IMG/VR virus record: IMGVR_UViG_3300045988_054519
Location: 1 to 58,288 of that record
From: a virus
DNA length: 58,288 nucleotides
Direction: 5' to 3' (one strand)
The notes under the pieces are model-generated. The model was not told where the DNA came from, ran no database searches, and saw nothing but the letters and a program-made list of their open reading frames with translations. The position numbers were made by a program, and so were the translations under genes. Positions within the stretch are counted from its first letter, which is position 1. Each line of letters begins with the position of its first letter. Shown one piece after another: positions 42,715-52,436 of this stretch.

Positions 42715-43371
42715 CTATTTATATAGGATGCAATTCTTGATTAAATTCTTCCTAGCATCCTTGGCTCTCTGCGAATTTGCTTTGTCGACATTCATCTGAT
42801 AATGCCGTTCACATAGTTTGTAACCGGGTTTGCGCGGTTCATCGCAAAAGAAACATAAGCCGTTCTTTTCGCGATACTCACGCTTCGATACCTCGTTGGC
42901 TTCTTTGGCAAGTTTACGCCCTCTGTTTTTCGCCCGGCATACTCCGCAAGTCGTATAACCGCCGTCTGCTTTGCGTTTCCGGCATCTTGTGCAAATCCCA
43001 TTAGCCTTATCCTCTTCGTATTTCATCTGCGCCCATATACGGTGCTGTTCGGTGTACTTAGCGCGGCTTTCTTCGCTTGCATTGCGCTTACTCATCTGGT
43101 ATGTATATTCTTTTGCCAAACATTCCGGGCACATACTTTCATCTGAACCGATGTCAACTTGTTTACACACCGGGCAGATACCGTATTTCTTGTAGTATTC
43201 TCTGTCGTACCGTTCTCTCTCGTTCTTCTTAGCCGAGCATTCGGCACATCTGTATTTCTCTGACGGTTTACCGCAATCGGCGCATTTACCGTTCAATCTG
43301 TTTGTATGTCTATAATTCTTTAATCTTATGTATGACTTGCTATCCTTTGTAGTCTGTGTGTCATCGCTCAC
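42715..43371 (-). CDS. Multi-zinc-ribbon protein
   Basis: At least four CxxC...CxxC units (CADCG..CAEC; CPVC..CPEC; CTRC..CGVC; CFFC..CERH) separated by basic helices. Confidence 0.5.
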   Translation of the reverse strand: MSDDTQTTKDSKSYIRLKNYRHTNRLNGKCADCGKPSEKYRCAECSAKKNERERYDREYYKKYGICPVCKQVDIGSDESMCPECLAKEYTYQMSKRNASEESRAKYTEQHRIWAQMKYEEDKANGICTRCRKRKADGGYTTCGVCRAKNRGRKLAKEANEVSKREYREKNGLCFFCDEPRKPGYKLCERHYQMNVDKANSQRAKDARKNLIKNCILYK

Positions 43372-43388
43372 AAGCTACATTCCTTTCA

Positions 43389-44237
43389 CTACAACTGATT
43401 GATATTCAAGTTTTTAAACATAGCGCACATAACATCTACGACAATGCTATTGCCAAACTGTTTATATAACTGCGTGTTACTGTTGACTGCTGCCATCTTG
43501 TCAATATCTTCATCAGATACACCCATAAGCCGCCCACACTCTCTCGGTGTTAGCTTTCTGATACGATATTGAGGTTTTTCAAGCAATAAATTGTCTTTCT
43601 GCACTGTTGTCAGCGTATTAGACACATCATCTTTTCTAGACTCCAGTTCCGTCATATTGTGCCTGCTCTCCTGTATCTGACCGCTTTCATATGCTTTTCG
43701 TATCTGCTTGCCGTATTCCGTGCGCTTTGGCGTCAGCACTTGGCTTTCCATAACAAGGTTGTCTTTCTGCACACTCGTTAAGCAATTACTTGTGCCTTGC
43801 ATATTCATCTCTAATCTCTGTCAGTATTCTTTCGACTTCCCACAACAGACCGCTCCTTGTGCCACTGCCCTTAGACATCCCTGCTTGTTTTCCGGCAACC
43901 GATAAATCGGTGCATGGAAACGAGTAAGTAAGTAAGTAAAGGCTATCGTATCTTTAATTCCTAAATCAACTGCGTGAACCTTAGTTATGTCCATCGTGGG
44001 AAAGTTTGTACCGTGTACCGCGTTGTAACTTGCAATGGCATATTTATCAAACTCAACAACTCTGTAATGCTCAAATTTGGCACCTATTCTCTTTAATGCC
44101 ATTGCCTGACTACCGTAACCGGCAAATAGTTCTATCAACCGGATAGGCTTTGTTATGCTAATCGGTTTTCTTGTAAAGTCAAATATAGTCATCTGATTAT
44201 CACAAGAATAATTTTCAAAACTCATTAAATCTACCAA
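43389..44237 (-). pseudogene. Decayed DNA cytosine-5 methyltransferase (two frame breaks, core motifs missing)
   Basis: Motif I ELFAGYGS is in the ORF starting at 44237. Motif IV YSFPCTDLSVAGKQAGMSKGSGTRSGLLWEVERIL is readable only after a shift at (TACT)4. ORF 43389..43808 carries TRD-like NTLTTVQKDN, RKLTPRECGRLMG and QFGNSIVV. No ENV or Q.R.R motifs found. Confidence 0.7.
43923..43938. repeat. (AGTA)4 tetranucleotide repeat at the methyltransferase frame break
   Basis: agtaagtaagtaagta. Confidence 0.9.
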
Positions 44238-44286
44238 AAGGAAACCTCGGTTTTATGTGCGCACAACCTATTCCTTTCTTTGATTT

Positions 44287-44886
44287 TTAGTTAGCTTTCT
44301 TCTCTTCTTTAACTGCTTTGCAGTAAAAAGTTTTAGGACATATACCACACATTGCGGCGGCATCATTCATTGAAATGACACCATTTCGCCAATCTTTGCG
44401 AATTTGTTCAAAATTTTCTGGCAATGGTAATGGTGGTCTGCCAAACTTTACGCCCCTTGCTTTCGCTGCTGCAATTCCCTCCGCCTGTCTTTGCTTGATA
44501 TTGATGCGTTCGTTCTCCGCAACATAACTAAGTAAAGCAAGAACAATATCGCTGATAAATGTTCCGAGCAGGTTCTTTTCTCTGCGGGTATCTAGCAGTG
44601 GCATATCTATGACAACAATATCTGCTTTCTTCTCTTTTGTAATAATCCGCCACTGCTCATTCAATTCCTCGTAATTTCTGCCTAAACGGTCAATGGACTT
44701 GATATACAATATGTCGTTTTCTTTAAGCTTGCGTAGTAACCGCTTATATTGTGTTCTCTCAAAATCCTTACCCGACTGTTTATCCATATAAATATTGTTC
44801 TTAGGCACTCTCGCCTCTGATAGTGCTATCATCTGCCTATCCTCATTTTGTTCCTTAGATGATACTCGCATATATCCATAAATCAC
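44287..44886 (-). CDS. Small serine recombinase (resolvase/invertase family)
   Basis: IYGYMRVSSKEQNEDRQ catalytic block, SIDRLGRN, C-terminal HTH. 199 aa. Confidence 0.85.
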   Translation of the reverse strand: MIYGYMRVSSKEQNEDRQMIALSEARVPKNNIYMDKQSGKDFERTQYKRLLRKLKENDILYIKSIDRLGRNYEELNEQWRIITKEKKADIVVIDMPLLDTRREKNLLGTFISDIVLALLSYVAENERINIKQRQAEGIAAAKARGVKFGRPPLPLPENFEQIRKDWRNGVISMNDAAAMCGICPKTFYCKAVKEEKKAN

Positions 44887-45071
44887 ATTTCACACCTCAC
44901 TAGTTCTTTCAAAACTTTCTTCATTGCGTCTGCCATATCGCAGATACCCTTGATATAGTTAAATGCACCTAGCATATATCCGTCTGGATTTTCTTCATCA
45001 ACAACGCTTGTTATGGCAAAGTTGATTAGCCTTAATGCATTGTTATTTATTATATTTTCGTCAATATTCAT
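44883..45071 (-). CDS. Hypothetical protein
   Basis: The internal ATG 45071 avoids the long out-of-frame overlap with 45061..45339. Confidence 0.4.
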   Translation of the reverse strand: MNIDENIINNNALRLINFAITSVVDEENPDGYMLGAFNYIKGICDMADAMKKVLKELVRCEM

Positions 45072-45339
45072 TTTTAATTTTTTTAAAGCTCTCGCAAGGA
45101 ACATCAAGCAAGCAACCGCATTTTTCATATTCTGTCACTCCCCAATATGTCTTGTATCTGTAAGAGTTTTTGCAGCTAAAACAGAAATCCTTGCCTTTAT
45201 TCAGCTTGCAGCTTGTCTTTTCATCGTCCAACTTTTCCTCAAGACTCTCGTTTGCCTTTTTGAGTTCTTCAACCTTTTTTTGAAGTTCTTTGCAATCATC
45301 TAAAATCTTATTGTATTTCTTCTTACTTAAAATTTTCAT
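45061..45339 (-). CDS. Hypothetical coiled-coil / Cys protein
   Basis: 92 aa. Confidence 0.5.
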   Translation of the reverse strand: MKILSKKKYNKILDDCKELQKKVEELKKANESLEEKLDDEKTSCKLNKGKDFCFSCKNSYRYKTYWGVTEYEKCGCLLDVPCESFKKIKNEY

Positions 45340-45568
45340 TCTTCGTCCTGCCCTTTCTTACAACAATCTCGTAATCGGTATCGGGGACTTCGACAATAAG
45401 TTCCTCGCCCGACTCTGCATGTTCATAGTACGATACGAGCCACCCAAAAACGGCGCGTAAAGCATCACTTGTGACATCTTCCTTGCCTATCAGTGTATTC
45501 GGCGTTCCCCTGCCTGATTTACCGCAATAGATGCGGTTTGTCAGCGGCGATAATACAACCTTAAACAT
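45323..45568 (-). CDS. Hypothetical protein
   Basis: 81 aa. Confidence 0.5.
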   Translation of the reverse strand: MFKVVLSPLTNRIYCGKSGRGTPNTLIGKEDVTSDALRAVFGWLVSYYEHAESGEELIVEVPDTDYEIVVRKGRTKNENFK

Positions 45569-45570
45569 AC

Positions 45571-45744
45571 TTATTCCTCGCTTTCTTCTTTAAGGTTCTG
45601 CAAGAAATCGTCAAAAGCTTTCTGAACTTCTCTAAGCTTTTTCTCGTTTCTCTTTCTCTGCACGTTACCGGAAATTGCCGATATTGTAGATATGCAGATT
45701 ATTGTTCCGCAAATTATCGCGGTTATAACAACTGCTGTATTCAT
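45571..45744 (-). CDS. Small TM protein (57 aa)
   Basis: ATGA overlap with the upstream stop. My translation: MNTAVVITAIICGTIICISTISAISGNVQRKRNEKKLREVQKAFDDFLQNLKEESEE. Confidence 0.45.
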   Translation of the reverse strand: MNTAVVITAIICGTIICISTISAISGNVQRKRNEKKLREVQKAFDDFLQNLKEESEE

Positions 45745-46340
45745 TCTGATACACCTCCTTTCAATAATTCCATAAATTTTTCATATTGTCTCTGCGACAC
45801 TTTGTTATTAGCCTTATCCTCTCTAATTTCGATTTTAAGGTGTTTTTCGGCGATAGAGGATAATTCCCTTGCAAGGTTCTTTTTGCCTTGTTCTATGCCG
45901 TCTCTGTAGCCTTTAGAGGGTTTGAACTCGTTTATCTTCTCTTTGCCCTCTCCCTGCCCTCCTGCGGTCTTGTTGTAACGGCACTGATAACCTTTTTGCG
46001 TGTACTTCAAAATCCAATACTGCTCCTTTTCATCAAGCAAGTCTGCCGGATAATGGAGAAAGTTCAATTTCCAACCATAAGGGTTATCATCACTGTAAAA
46101 TCCGCGTTTCTTAATTGAGAGGTCTATATGCTGATACCCAACAAGGTGTCCGCACATTCTCTGCATAATGTGAAGTGCCTGCCCGATATAAAAATACCGG
46201 ATGCCGTTTTCATCGGTTCGTGTTAAGAAGTAAATACCGCTGCCGTCATCAAGAAAGGGATTGACTTTCTTAAGGCGTTCACGGTTCTTGGCTTCAATCG
46301 CCTTGGCTTTCGCTATGTTCTGATAACTCAATGTTTCCAC
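45741..46340 (-). CDS. GIY-YIG nuclease-domain protein
   Basis: GIYFLTRTDENGIRYFYIGQA....R...H and ...E.YWI.KY. Confidence 0.65.
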   Translation of the reverse strand: METLSYQNIAKAKAIEAKNRERLKKVNPFLDDGSGIYFLTRTDENGIRYFYIGQALHIMQRMCGHLVGYQHIDLSIKKRGFYSDDNPYGWKLNFLHYPADLLDEKEQYWILKYTQKGYQCRYNKTAGGQGEGKEKINEFKPSKGYRDGIEQGKKNLARELSSIAEKHLKIEIREDKANNKVSQRQYEKFMELLKGGVSE

Positions 46341-46596
46341 CTGCCTTTACTATCTTGATTGCGTCCGCAAGTCCAACAATAGGAACGGTTCCAAGCTGTT
46401 CTGCCTCATCCGCATTACTGTACATTTCCAACTGTTCAACAACCTTATCCACATCATAGGCTGTTTTTGTAAGCGGTAATGCCTCGTGCCACTTACCGTC
46501 ACTGCCTGCAACTAACAAAAATTTGTCAAAGCCTATAACGCATCTATGTTCACGGATAAATTTCTCAAGGTCGTCTACGTCAATTAATCTCTTCAT
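46294..46596 (-). CDS. Hypothetical protein
   Basis: Uses internal ATG 46596 (MKRLIDVDDLEKF...). The upstream extension overlaps 46580..46930 out of frame. Confidence 0.45.
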   Translation of the reverse strand: MKRLIDVDDLEKFIREHRCVIGFDKFLLVAGSDGKWHEALPLTKTAYDVDKVVEQLEMYSNADEAEQLGTVPIVGLADAIKIVKAGGNIELSEHSESQGD

Positions 46597-46930
46597 TTTC
46601 GTCACTCCAATCAATTTTCTGACCGCAATCTGGACAGTATTTGTAGTCATCACAGCCAACCTCGTAACGCTGTTCGCAACAAGGACATACCCAAGTGTCG
46701 TACACAAGCTGTCCATTCGAGTACCCGTCTCCCTCATAATCTGGCTCTTTTGAGGTTTGTTTCTCCACAGCTTCACGACATTTCTCCGGTGTGCCAATTG
46801 CGCGGTACTGTTGTACTTCTTCAAGTGCCTGTATTGCAACATCAGTAGCATCGCGCAATACCTGAGAATGTATCTCACCGCCTATTTCTAAATCAAACTG
46901 TAGTGCTTCTATTGCTTTATTCTCTGTCAT
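46580..46930 (-). CDS. Hypothetical protein with a C-terminal zinc ribbon
   Basis: CPCCEQ...CPDCG. Confidence 0.55.
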   Translation of the reverse strand: MTENKAIEALQFDLEIGGEIHSQVLRDATDVAIQALEEVQQYRAIGTPEKCREAVEKQTSKEPDYEGDGYSNGQLVYDTWVCPCCEQRYEVGCDDYKYCPDCGQKIDWSDENEEIN

Positions 46931-47099
46931 CGTTACTCCTTTCCAATCTGTCGCAGCACTCTTGACATACCTTAGCTATTTTCATGGCTTCAATATGGGT
47001 AAAGGCGCAACTTTTCGCAAGCGCCGTTACCACCTCAATAATTTGCCTTCCTTCAACCGTACCTATGTTGTCGTCCAAATTAAATTCACTCTCTGTCAT
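46917..47099 (-). CDS. Hypothetical protein
   Basis: ATG 47099 follows GTGAGGGA. Confidence 0.45.
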   Translation of the reverse strand: MTESEFNLDDNIGTVEGRQIIEVVTALAKSCAFTHIEAMKIAKVCQECCDRLERSNDDRE

Positions 47100-47532
47100 A
47101 TTGTCCCTCACTTTCTAACAACTCTGGATTATCAAAAACGTTGCCGATAACTTCAAAATGTTTCACATCTTTGGAATATGATATTGATTCAAAAATAGGT
47201 CTTGCGCATTTATGCCCCTTGATAGTTTCAGCAATAACCCATGCGCAATCCATAACCTCAACAATTCCAATATATTCTTCTGAATTTGCATAGTTCTCAT
47301 AGTCAGTGAAAAATTCTTTCTTTACAATATCATTCTCCCAAATCAGCTTGCCATTCTTGTCTCGTAAACCTGTACATTGGCAGATTGTGGATGAGTTAAT
47401 CATAACCCTAAATCGTCTACTATCAGCAACGCGGTCAATCATATATCCGCCATGAGGCGTAGAAATTAAACTGCCAACAACCCATTCCTCGCTATCAGTT
47501 CTCTTTGCTTTATACAAATATCTATCTTCCAT
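47086..47532 (-). CDS. YopX-family protein
   Basis: YKAKRTDSEEWVVGSL...CTGLRDKNGKLIWENDIV...IGNVFDNPELLE. Confidence 0.7.
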   Translation of the reverse strand: MEDRYLYKAKRTDSEEWVVGSLISTPHGGYMIDRVADSRRFRVMINSSTICQCTGLRDKNGKLIWENDIVKKEFFTDYENYANSEEYIGIVEVMDCAWVIAETIKGHKCARPIFESISYSKDVKHFEVIGNVFDNPELLESEGQYDRE

Positions 47533-47773
47533 ATTCTCTCCTTAACTGCTCTGAAATATCTTTCAATTGTCTTCTTGCGTTCGCCCAGGTTGCACCCTCT
47601 GTAGGCAAACCGCTTGAAAATTCCATGTCCTTAAATCTTTCGTCTAACTCGCTTGTTAATTCATCAAGTGCCTTGTTGTAAATGGTGTTCGCATAGTTTA
47701 TAGCTTTTTCGCAACTCCCCTCAACCGCTTCGCACATATTACTCGCGTTACAATCGTCACATTTATTTATCAT
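47522..47773 (-). CDS. Hypothetical protein
   Basis: ATG 47773 follows GAGAGGTG. Confidence 0.45.
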   Translation of the reverse strand: MINKCDDCNASNMCEAVEGSCEKAINYANTIYNKALDELTSELDERFKDMEFSSGLPTEGATWANARRQLKDISEQLRREYGR

Positions 47774-47783
47774 TCCGCACCTC

Positions 47784-48026
47784 TCAATCTGCTCTCCTAT
47801 TCCATTTTGAAATAGCATATCTAGAATTATTGTTACAGTTAGAGTCTTCTACAATACCACCTCTAGCACCACAAGAACAACAAGTTACATAATCTGTTGA
47901 TGGCGAATATCCGTGCCCTCCGTTGCTGTGAAAAAGCTGCAGATTTTCGCTTCCACAAAAAGGGCAAGGTAGTAAGTCTATTTCTTCTGTAGTAATCTTT
48001 GTTTCGCTTAATTTATATTTCATCAT
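47784..48026 (-). CDS. Lar-family restriction-alleviation-like zinc-ribbon protein
   Basis: LLPCPFCGSENL...CCSCGARG...AISKWNRRA. Confidence 0.6.
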   Translation of the reverse strand: MMKYKLSETKITTEEIDLLPCPFCGSENLQLFHSNGGHGYSPSTDYVTCCSCGARGGIVEDSNCNNNSRYAISKWNRRAD

Positions 48027-48043
48027 TATTACCTCTCAATTCT

Positions 48044-48247
48044 TTATAGTTTATACCAATGTTTTGTTCCATCAGAAAACTCCACCTCAATTTTATGCGG
48101 AAGTTTAAAATGTGTATTGTATCTAGTGTCTGTGATTTTAACGCATTTGAGATGTTCTTTTTCGCATTGCAAAGCACCTTCTTTGTTGCAATAATCCGTA
48201 TGGCAAATATCACATGTATATAATTCTTTCTTAGTCATTTTCTTCAC
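48044..48247 (-). CDS. Small Cys-rich protein
   Basis: CDICHTDYC...CEKEH. Confidence 0.5.
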   Translation of the reverse strand: MKKMTKKELYTCDICHTDYCNKEGALQCEKEHLKCVKITDTRYNTHFKLPHKIEVEFSDGTKHWYKL

Positions 48248-48250
48248 CTC

Positions 48251-48481
48251 TCAATTCTTCCAACTTCTTAAATTAAGCCCACCGCACCTAATGCAGTAAA
48301 ACTTTTTATATCCTCTGGCATATTCAGACAAATAACCACAATGTCCGCAATATTCTCTTCCGTTACTAACTGATATTTTTTTAGGTTCTGACACATTTTT
48401 TCTCTCGAACAACTCTCCGTGCTTGCATTCTGTACAATAATCATAATCTTCTTTATGCTTGCAGATATTACAATCAATCAT
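48251..48481 (-). CDS. Small zinc-ribbon protein
   Basis: CNICKH..CTECKH...CGHCG..CIRCG. Confidence 0.5.
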   Translation of the reverse strand: MIDCNICKHKEDYDYCTECKHGELFERKNVSEPKKISVSNGREYCGHCGYLSEYARGYKKFYCIRCGGLNLRSWKN

Positions 48482-48941
48482 TGTTACACCTCAATTCTTT
48501 CAGTCTTTCTTCTGCTTTTTCTTTTGTGGAAAAATATTTGCAGTTTTCTTTATCAATGCTCTCAATCTCACATATTGCAAGCACCTTTATAAATCTTTTC
48601 GCAACCCGCGCATACCCAGAGTTGTTTATATCAACAATGTAATAAACATATTTATAAGGTAAAATAACAAGACTGCCCTGCTCCTCTGCTCTTGCCCATT
48701 CATCGCATTTCTTTGCAATCCACTTATTTCTGTCGAGCCACTTCCCAAATTCTTCTTTGTCGCTCAAGAGGTCGCATGCTGCATTAGGCATTTTTTCTCT
48801 GAAAATTTCTTCAAAGTCCTCGTAAGCACCTAACTTATCTAATATTCGTTCAAAGTTTATATCAGAATATTCATCCAAGCACAAATCGACTGGATTTATG
48901 CTTTCATATCCGTCAGGCGTATATACTGTTAATCTCTCCAT
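48474..48941 (-). CDS. Hypothetical protein
   Basis: 155-aa ORF. Confidence 0.5.
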   Translation of the reverse strand: MERLTVYTPDGYESINPVDLCLDEYSDINFERILDKLGAYEDFEEIFREKMPNAACDLLSDKEEFGKWLDRNKWIAKKCDEWARAEEQGSLVILPYKYVYYIVDINNSGYARVAKRFIKVLAICEIESIDKENCKYFSTKEKAEERLKELRCNND

Positions 48942-48958
48942 TACTGATCCTTTCCCTC

Positions 48959-49111
48959 TTAATTATCTTCTTCCTCTTTTTCCTTGGCTTCTGCAAGGCA
49001 ATCGGCAATAGCTTCTTTAATAATCAAAGTATTGTATCTTTCAAGGCTGATTGTTATTGTTTTATCCTCACACTCTCTTATATTTCCTAAAATATCTTTG
49101 TATTTAGCCAT
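48959..49111 (-). CDS. Small hypothetical protein (50 aa)
   Basis: ATG 49111 follows AGGAAAGGAG. My translation: MAKYKDILGNIRECEDKTITISLERYNTLIIKEAIADCLAEAKEKEEEDN. Confidence 0.4.
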   Translation of the reverse strand: MAKYKDILGNIRECEDKTITISLERYNTLIIKEAIADCLAEAKEKEEEDN

Positions 49112-49152
49112 ATAATCTCCTTTCCTGCGCGCCATTGCTGACGCGCGTTAAA

Positions 49153-49884
49153 TCAATATTTAATGTTCATATTTCCGTGTTCATTTACCCAATCAATGGC
49201 TTCTGCATATGTCACGCCATTGTTTTTCAGAAGATACAACAAATTATGGAATTTAGGGTGTGTTTCTTTCAGCCTTAAAAACCTGCTTTCTTTTTCCAAA
49301 TGACATCCGAACCCACATAATACGCAACCAGTTCTTTGGCAACCTGTGGTTTTTAGCAATGGCCTTTCATTATCAAAAATGCCATAATCAGCAAACGACA
49401 TCTGATTTTCACATTGTCCCATAGCTTCATAATCTGTGACTACTTCGCCATAAACAGAACAAATAGGCAGATTGTTTTCTTTAATGTATAAAAGTACATC
49501 CTGTTCCGTCCAAAAACTCATAGGGTTACTTGTTGGAATTTTTAAGTCAAATCCATTACAACCATTTTGTAACCATTGTGAAGTCCTTAATTTACTTTCA
49601 CTAGCCATTTGAGCGGTAATAGGTACTCTGCCTGTATCTTTGTCGTATTGGTGCATAGGCTGTTTCTTCATTACCTTACAACATTGATTAGATACTTCAA
49701 ATGGTGCATTTAGCATAAATAAGTACTTTGACCTGTCATACATACTGCCAAAATCTTCACACTTGACACCGAATAGCTGTTTTACTCTGATAGGTGCTTT
49801 CAGGATTTCACTAGGGATATTCCCCATCTTTAAATCCACAAAAGTTTTGTTTTCCTTGTCTATTCTCCTGTCTATTCCCGTCAA
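49153..49884 (-). CDS. PAPS-reductase/DndC-like protein, C-terminal fragment (out of frame with the N-terminal fragment)
   Basis: Continues the family after the repeat. This frame is open upstream through the repeat (..DRQTEIPFAYRIADLTGIDRR..). Cys cluster CQRTGCVLCGFGCH. Confidence 0.65.
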   Translation of the reverse strand: MTGIDRRIDKENKTFVDLKMGNIPSEILKAPIRVKQLFGVKCEDFGSMYDRSKYLFMLNAPFEVSNQCCKVMKKQPMHQYDKDTGRVPITAQMASESKLRTSQWLQNGCNGFDLKIPTSNPMSFWTEQDVLLYIKENNLPICSVYGEVVTDYEAMGQCENQMSFADYGIFDNERPLLKTTGCQRTGCVLCGFGCHLEKESRFLRLKETHPKFHNLLYLLKNNGVTYAEAIDWVNEHGNMNIKY

Positions 49885-49889
49885 GTCGG

Positions 49890-50348
<459 letters not shown>

Positions 50349-50357
50349 TGTCTCTCC

Positions 50358-50798
50358 TTAAAACGGTAAGCCGTCATCATCTACGTTATCCGGAATTGAC
50401 ATAAAGCCGTCTGCGTCAACATTACTCGGCTTTGGTCGTGCCGGTGCCGTGCTTACTCCGTTCTGTTCCGCCGCTGACTTGCTTTCGGCAAATTCGCAAT
50501 TCTCAACATAGATGTCAGTCGTGTAAACCTTATTGCCGTCCTTGTTGGTGTAACTTCCGGTCTGTATTCTGCCCTCAACAACAATCTTTGTTCCCTGGTG
50601 TAAATACTTCTCGGCAAACTCGCCAACCTTACCAAACGCAACACACGATATAAAATCCGCGTTTGTTTCTCCGTCTTTCTTAAAACGGCGGTCAACCGCA
50701 AGTGTGTATCTTGCAACCGCCATACTTCCATTCGCTGTCTGCGAATACCTTACGTCCGGGTCGCGTGTTAAGCGACCCATTAAAATAACTTTATTCAT
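50358..50798 (-). CDS. ssb: Single-stranded DNA-binding protein
   Basis: MNKVILMGRLTRDPDVRY OB-fold start and acidic tail DDDGLPF. Confidence 0.9.
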   Translation of the reverse strand: MNKVILMGRLTRDPDVRYSQTANGSMAVARYTLAVDRRFKKDGETNADFISCVAFGKVGEFAEKYLHQGTKIVVEGRIQTGSYTNKDGNKVYTTDIYVENCEFAESKSAAEQNGVSTAPARPKPSNVDADGFMSIPDNVDDDGLPF

Positions 50799-51060
50799 CG
50801 TCTTTCTCTCCTTTGAGTGTCTTCTTGACTATCTCGTTTGCCATTTCCATTATCGAGTTTTCTTTCTTGCCAAATGTCTCCTTAGAGCAAATTCCGGCAA
50901 CAACCACACCATGAATTATTTTTTCTGCTTTGTCTTTCGGTATTCCTTTCTCACATATCATTTCATACAAAGCTGCCACAAGGACGCCAAGCTCCGCAAA
51001 CATTTCAATGACCTTGCCGGAAATACGCACATGTTCTTTATCCGCACTAATCACAATCAA
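50791..51060 (-). CDS. Hypothetical protein
   Basis: 89 aa with a TTG start overlapping the upstream stop. Confidence 0.45.
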   Translation of the reverse strand: MIVISADKEHVRISGKVIEMFAELGVLVAALYEMICEKGIPKDKAEKIIHGVVVAGICSKETFGKKENSIMEMANEIVKKTLKGEKDDE

Positions 51061-51206
51061 ATCTCCTTTTCTTCAAAATCTTCGCAACTGTCATCATACA
51101 TAGTCGGTAATCCATAACAGTCGCTGTCTTCATTGTTGCAATAATAGTTTTCATCATCTTTTGTGTTGTGCTTGCAATTCGCACATATAACCTCGTCGTA
51201 ATCCAT
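51057..51206 (-). CDS. Small acidic Cys-containing protein (49 aa)
   Basis: My translation: MDYDEVICANCKHNTKDDENYYCNNEDSDCYGLPTMYDDSCEDFEEKEI. TAATG overlap with the upstream gene. Confidence 0.4.
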   Translation of the reverse strand: MDYDEVICANCKHNTKDDENYYCNNEDSDCYGLPTMYDDSCEDFEEKEI

Positions 51207-51424
51207 TACCACCCGTCCTCCTTGTCTCTTTTCATATCGACTGTAATAGTGTTACCGCACTTGCACTTGTACTGGTAGCTGTAATAATCAACTCCGTCAA
51301 CGTGACAAGTCATTTGTAAATTTGGGGTTCCACATCCACAAGTAATGCCCTCTTCGGTTTCGATAAGATTATCTTTGGTGTCTTCAACAGTCATATTGTC
51401 TTTTTCGATTATCAAAACGGACAT
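51206..51424 (-). CDS. Small zinc-ribbon protein
   Basis: CGCG...C...CKCG. Confidence 0.5.
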   Translation of the reverse strand: MSVLIIEKDNMTVEDTKDNLIETEEGITCGCGTPNLQMTCHVDGVDYYSYQYKCKCGNTITVDMKRDKEDGW

Positions 51425-52143
51425 TCATCCCCTTTCCTTAAAATCCATTTCCTGCCCGGTTCTGCTACATCCACATTTGCCTTGTAAGCGACTTTTTTCA
51501 TCTTCTCGATAAATAAGTCCTTGTCAGCATTTTCGCTTGATAAATGGCACATTATGACGTTCTGCAAGCGGTCTGAATAGTTAGACTTAACAAAATCGCA
51601 AGCCGTGTCAATGCTCATATGTCCTCGGAAAACGTGTCTTGTCTTTGGGTTGTCGGCATCAACTAAATCCTTGTCGTAATTCACACCTAAGAGAATATGG
51701 TTTACGTCCTTAAACCGCCACTTAATCAACTCCGTATCGGTTATGTAAAGCATTTTCCCCATTTCTGGATGGATTATCATAAATCCATAACAAGGACATT
51801 CAGTGCTGTCTGCGTTAGTGTGAGTCCACCTGCCGTCTGTCGTTGTCAGGTCAAAAGCAGCTATCTTAAATTGACCGCTGCCGAGTGCCATAGGCTTAAG
51901 GCTTATGTACGGTGCAAACACCGGTATTCGCATATCCTTAAGGTCGTTTAATGCTCTTGAATGGTCGCTGTGGGCGTGCGTTACCACACACCCTGCAACA
52001 TCTTTGATATTCCAATTCAATCCCTCTTTAATCTTCATAAGAGGTATTCCACAATCAAGGATAAGTGTTTCTCCGTCATTAGCGGTTAAGGTATAACAGT
52101 TACCGGAAGAACCGCTTGCGATACATTTAAGTTTCATACTCAC
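51412..52143 (-). CDS. Metallo-beta-lactamase-fold hydrolase (recombination exonuclease candidate)
   Basis: VVTHAHSDH motif. Sits in the RecT/SSB neighbourhood. Confidence 0.75.
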   Translation of the reverse strand: MSMKLKCIASGSSGNCYTLTANDGETLILDCGIPLMKIKEGLNWNIKDVAGCVVTHAHSDHSRALNDLKDMRIPVFAPYISLKPMALGSGQFKIAAFDLTTTDGRWTHTNADSTECPCYGFMIIHPEMGKMLYITDTELIKWRFKDVNHILLGVNYDKDLVDADNPKTRHVFRGHMSIDTACDFVKSNYSDRLQNVIMCHLSSENADKDLFIEKMKKVAYKANVDVAEPGRKWILRKGDECPF

Positions 52144-52436
52144 ACCTCGATTTCGTTATCCTGTGGAAACTGAAAGACCTTGTTCAATGCTACTTTATAG
52201 TGATGACAGTTATAATCACTATGAACTTCCGTTTTAAGCAAATACAGTTCTCTCAACATTTCCATAGCCTTAATTGCCTTTTCTTCGGTGGAATAAGTGG
52301 CTAACCTCACATCGCCGTCAAGCGGTATAACACCTGTCAGATTTCTATTTAAGAAATAGATTTCTGCCTTAAATCTGAAAATACCTACCATTTCATACGG
52401 CATATCTATCTTTCCGTCCTGCGAAACTACTCTCAT
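52140..52436 (-). CDS. Hypothetical protein
   Basis: 98 aa. Confidence 0.5.
   Translation of the reverse strand: MRVVSQDGKIDMPYEMVGIFRFKAEIYFLNRNLTGVIPLDGDVRLATYSTEEKAIKAMEMLRELYLLKTEVHSDYNCHHYKVALNKVFQFPQDNEIEV

Noticed and set aside
44238-44263. Functional invertible segment controlled by the small serine recombinase
   Set aside because: Only one hix/gix-like AAACC-NN-GGTTT site was found by eye, with no inverted partner. It is kept only as a note within the methyltransferase finding.
46597-46878. N-terminal 94 codons of track ORF 46294-46878
   Set aside because: This part overlaps the better ORF 46580-46930 out of frame and has an implausible composition. The internal ATG 46596 gives a sensible 100-aa protein.
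48013-48477. Alternative-frame ORFs 48013-48213 and 48268-48477
   Set aside because: They are almost completely nested out of frame within the Cys-rich ORFs 48044-48247 and 48251-48481, which have the better start context.
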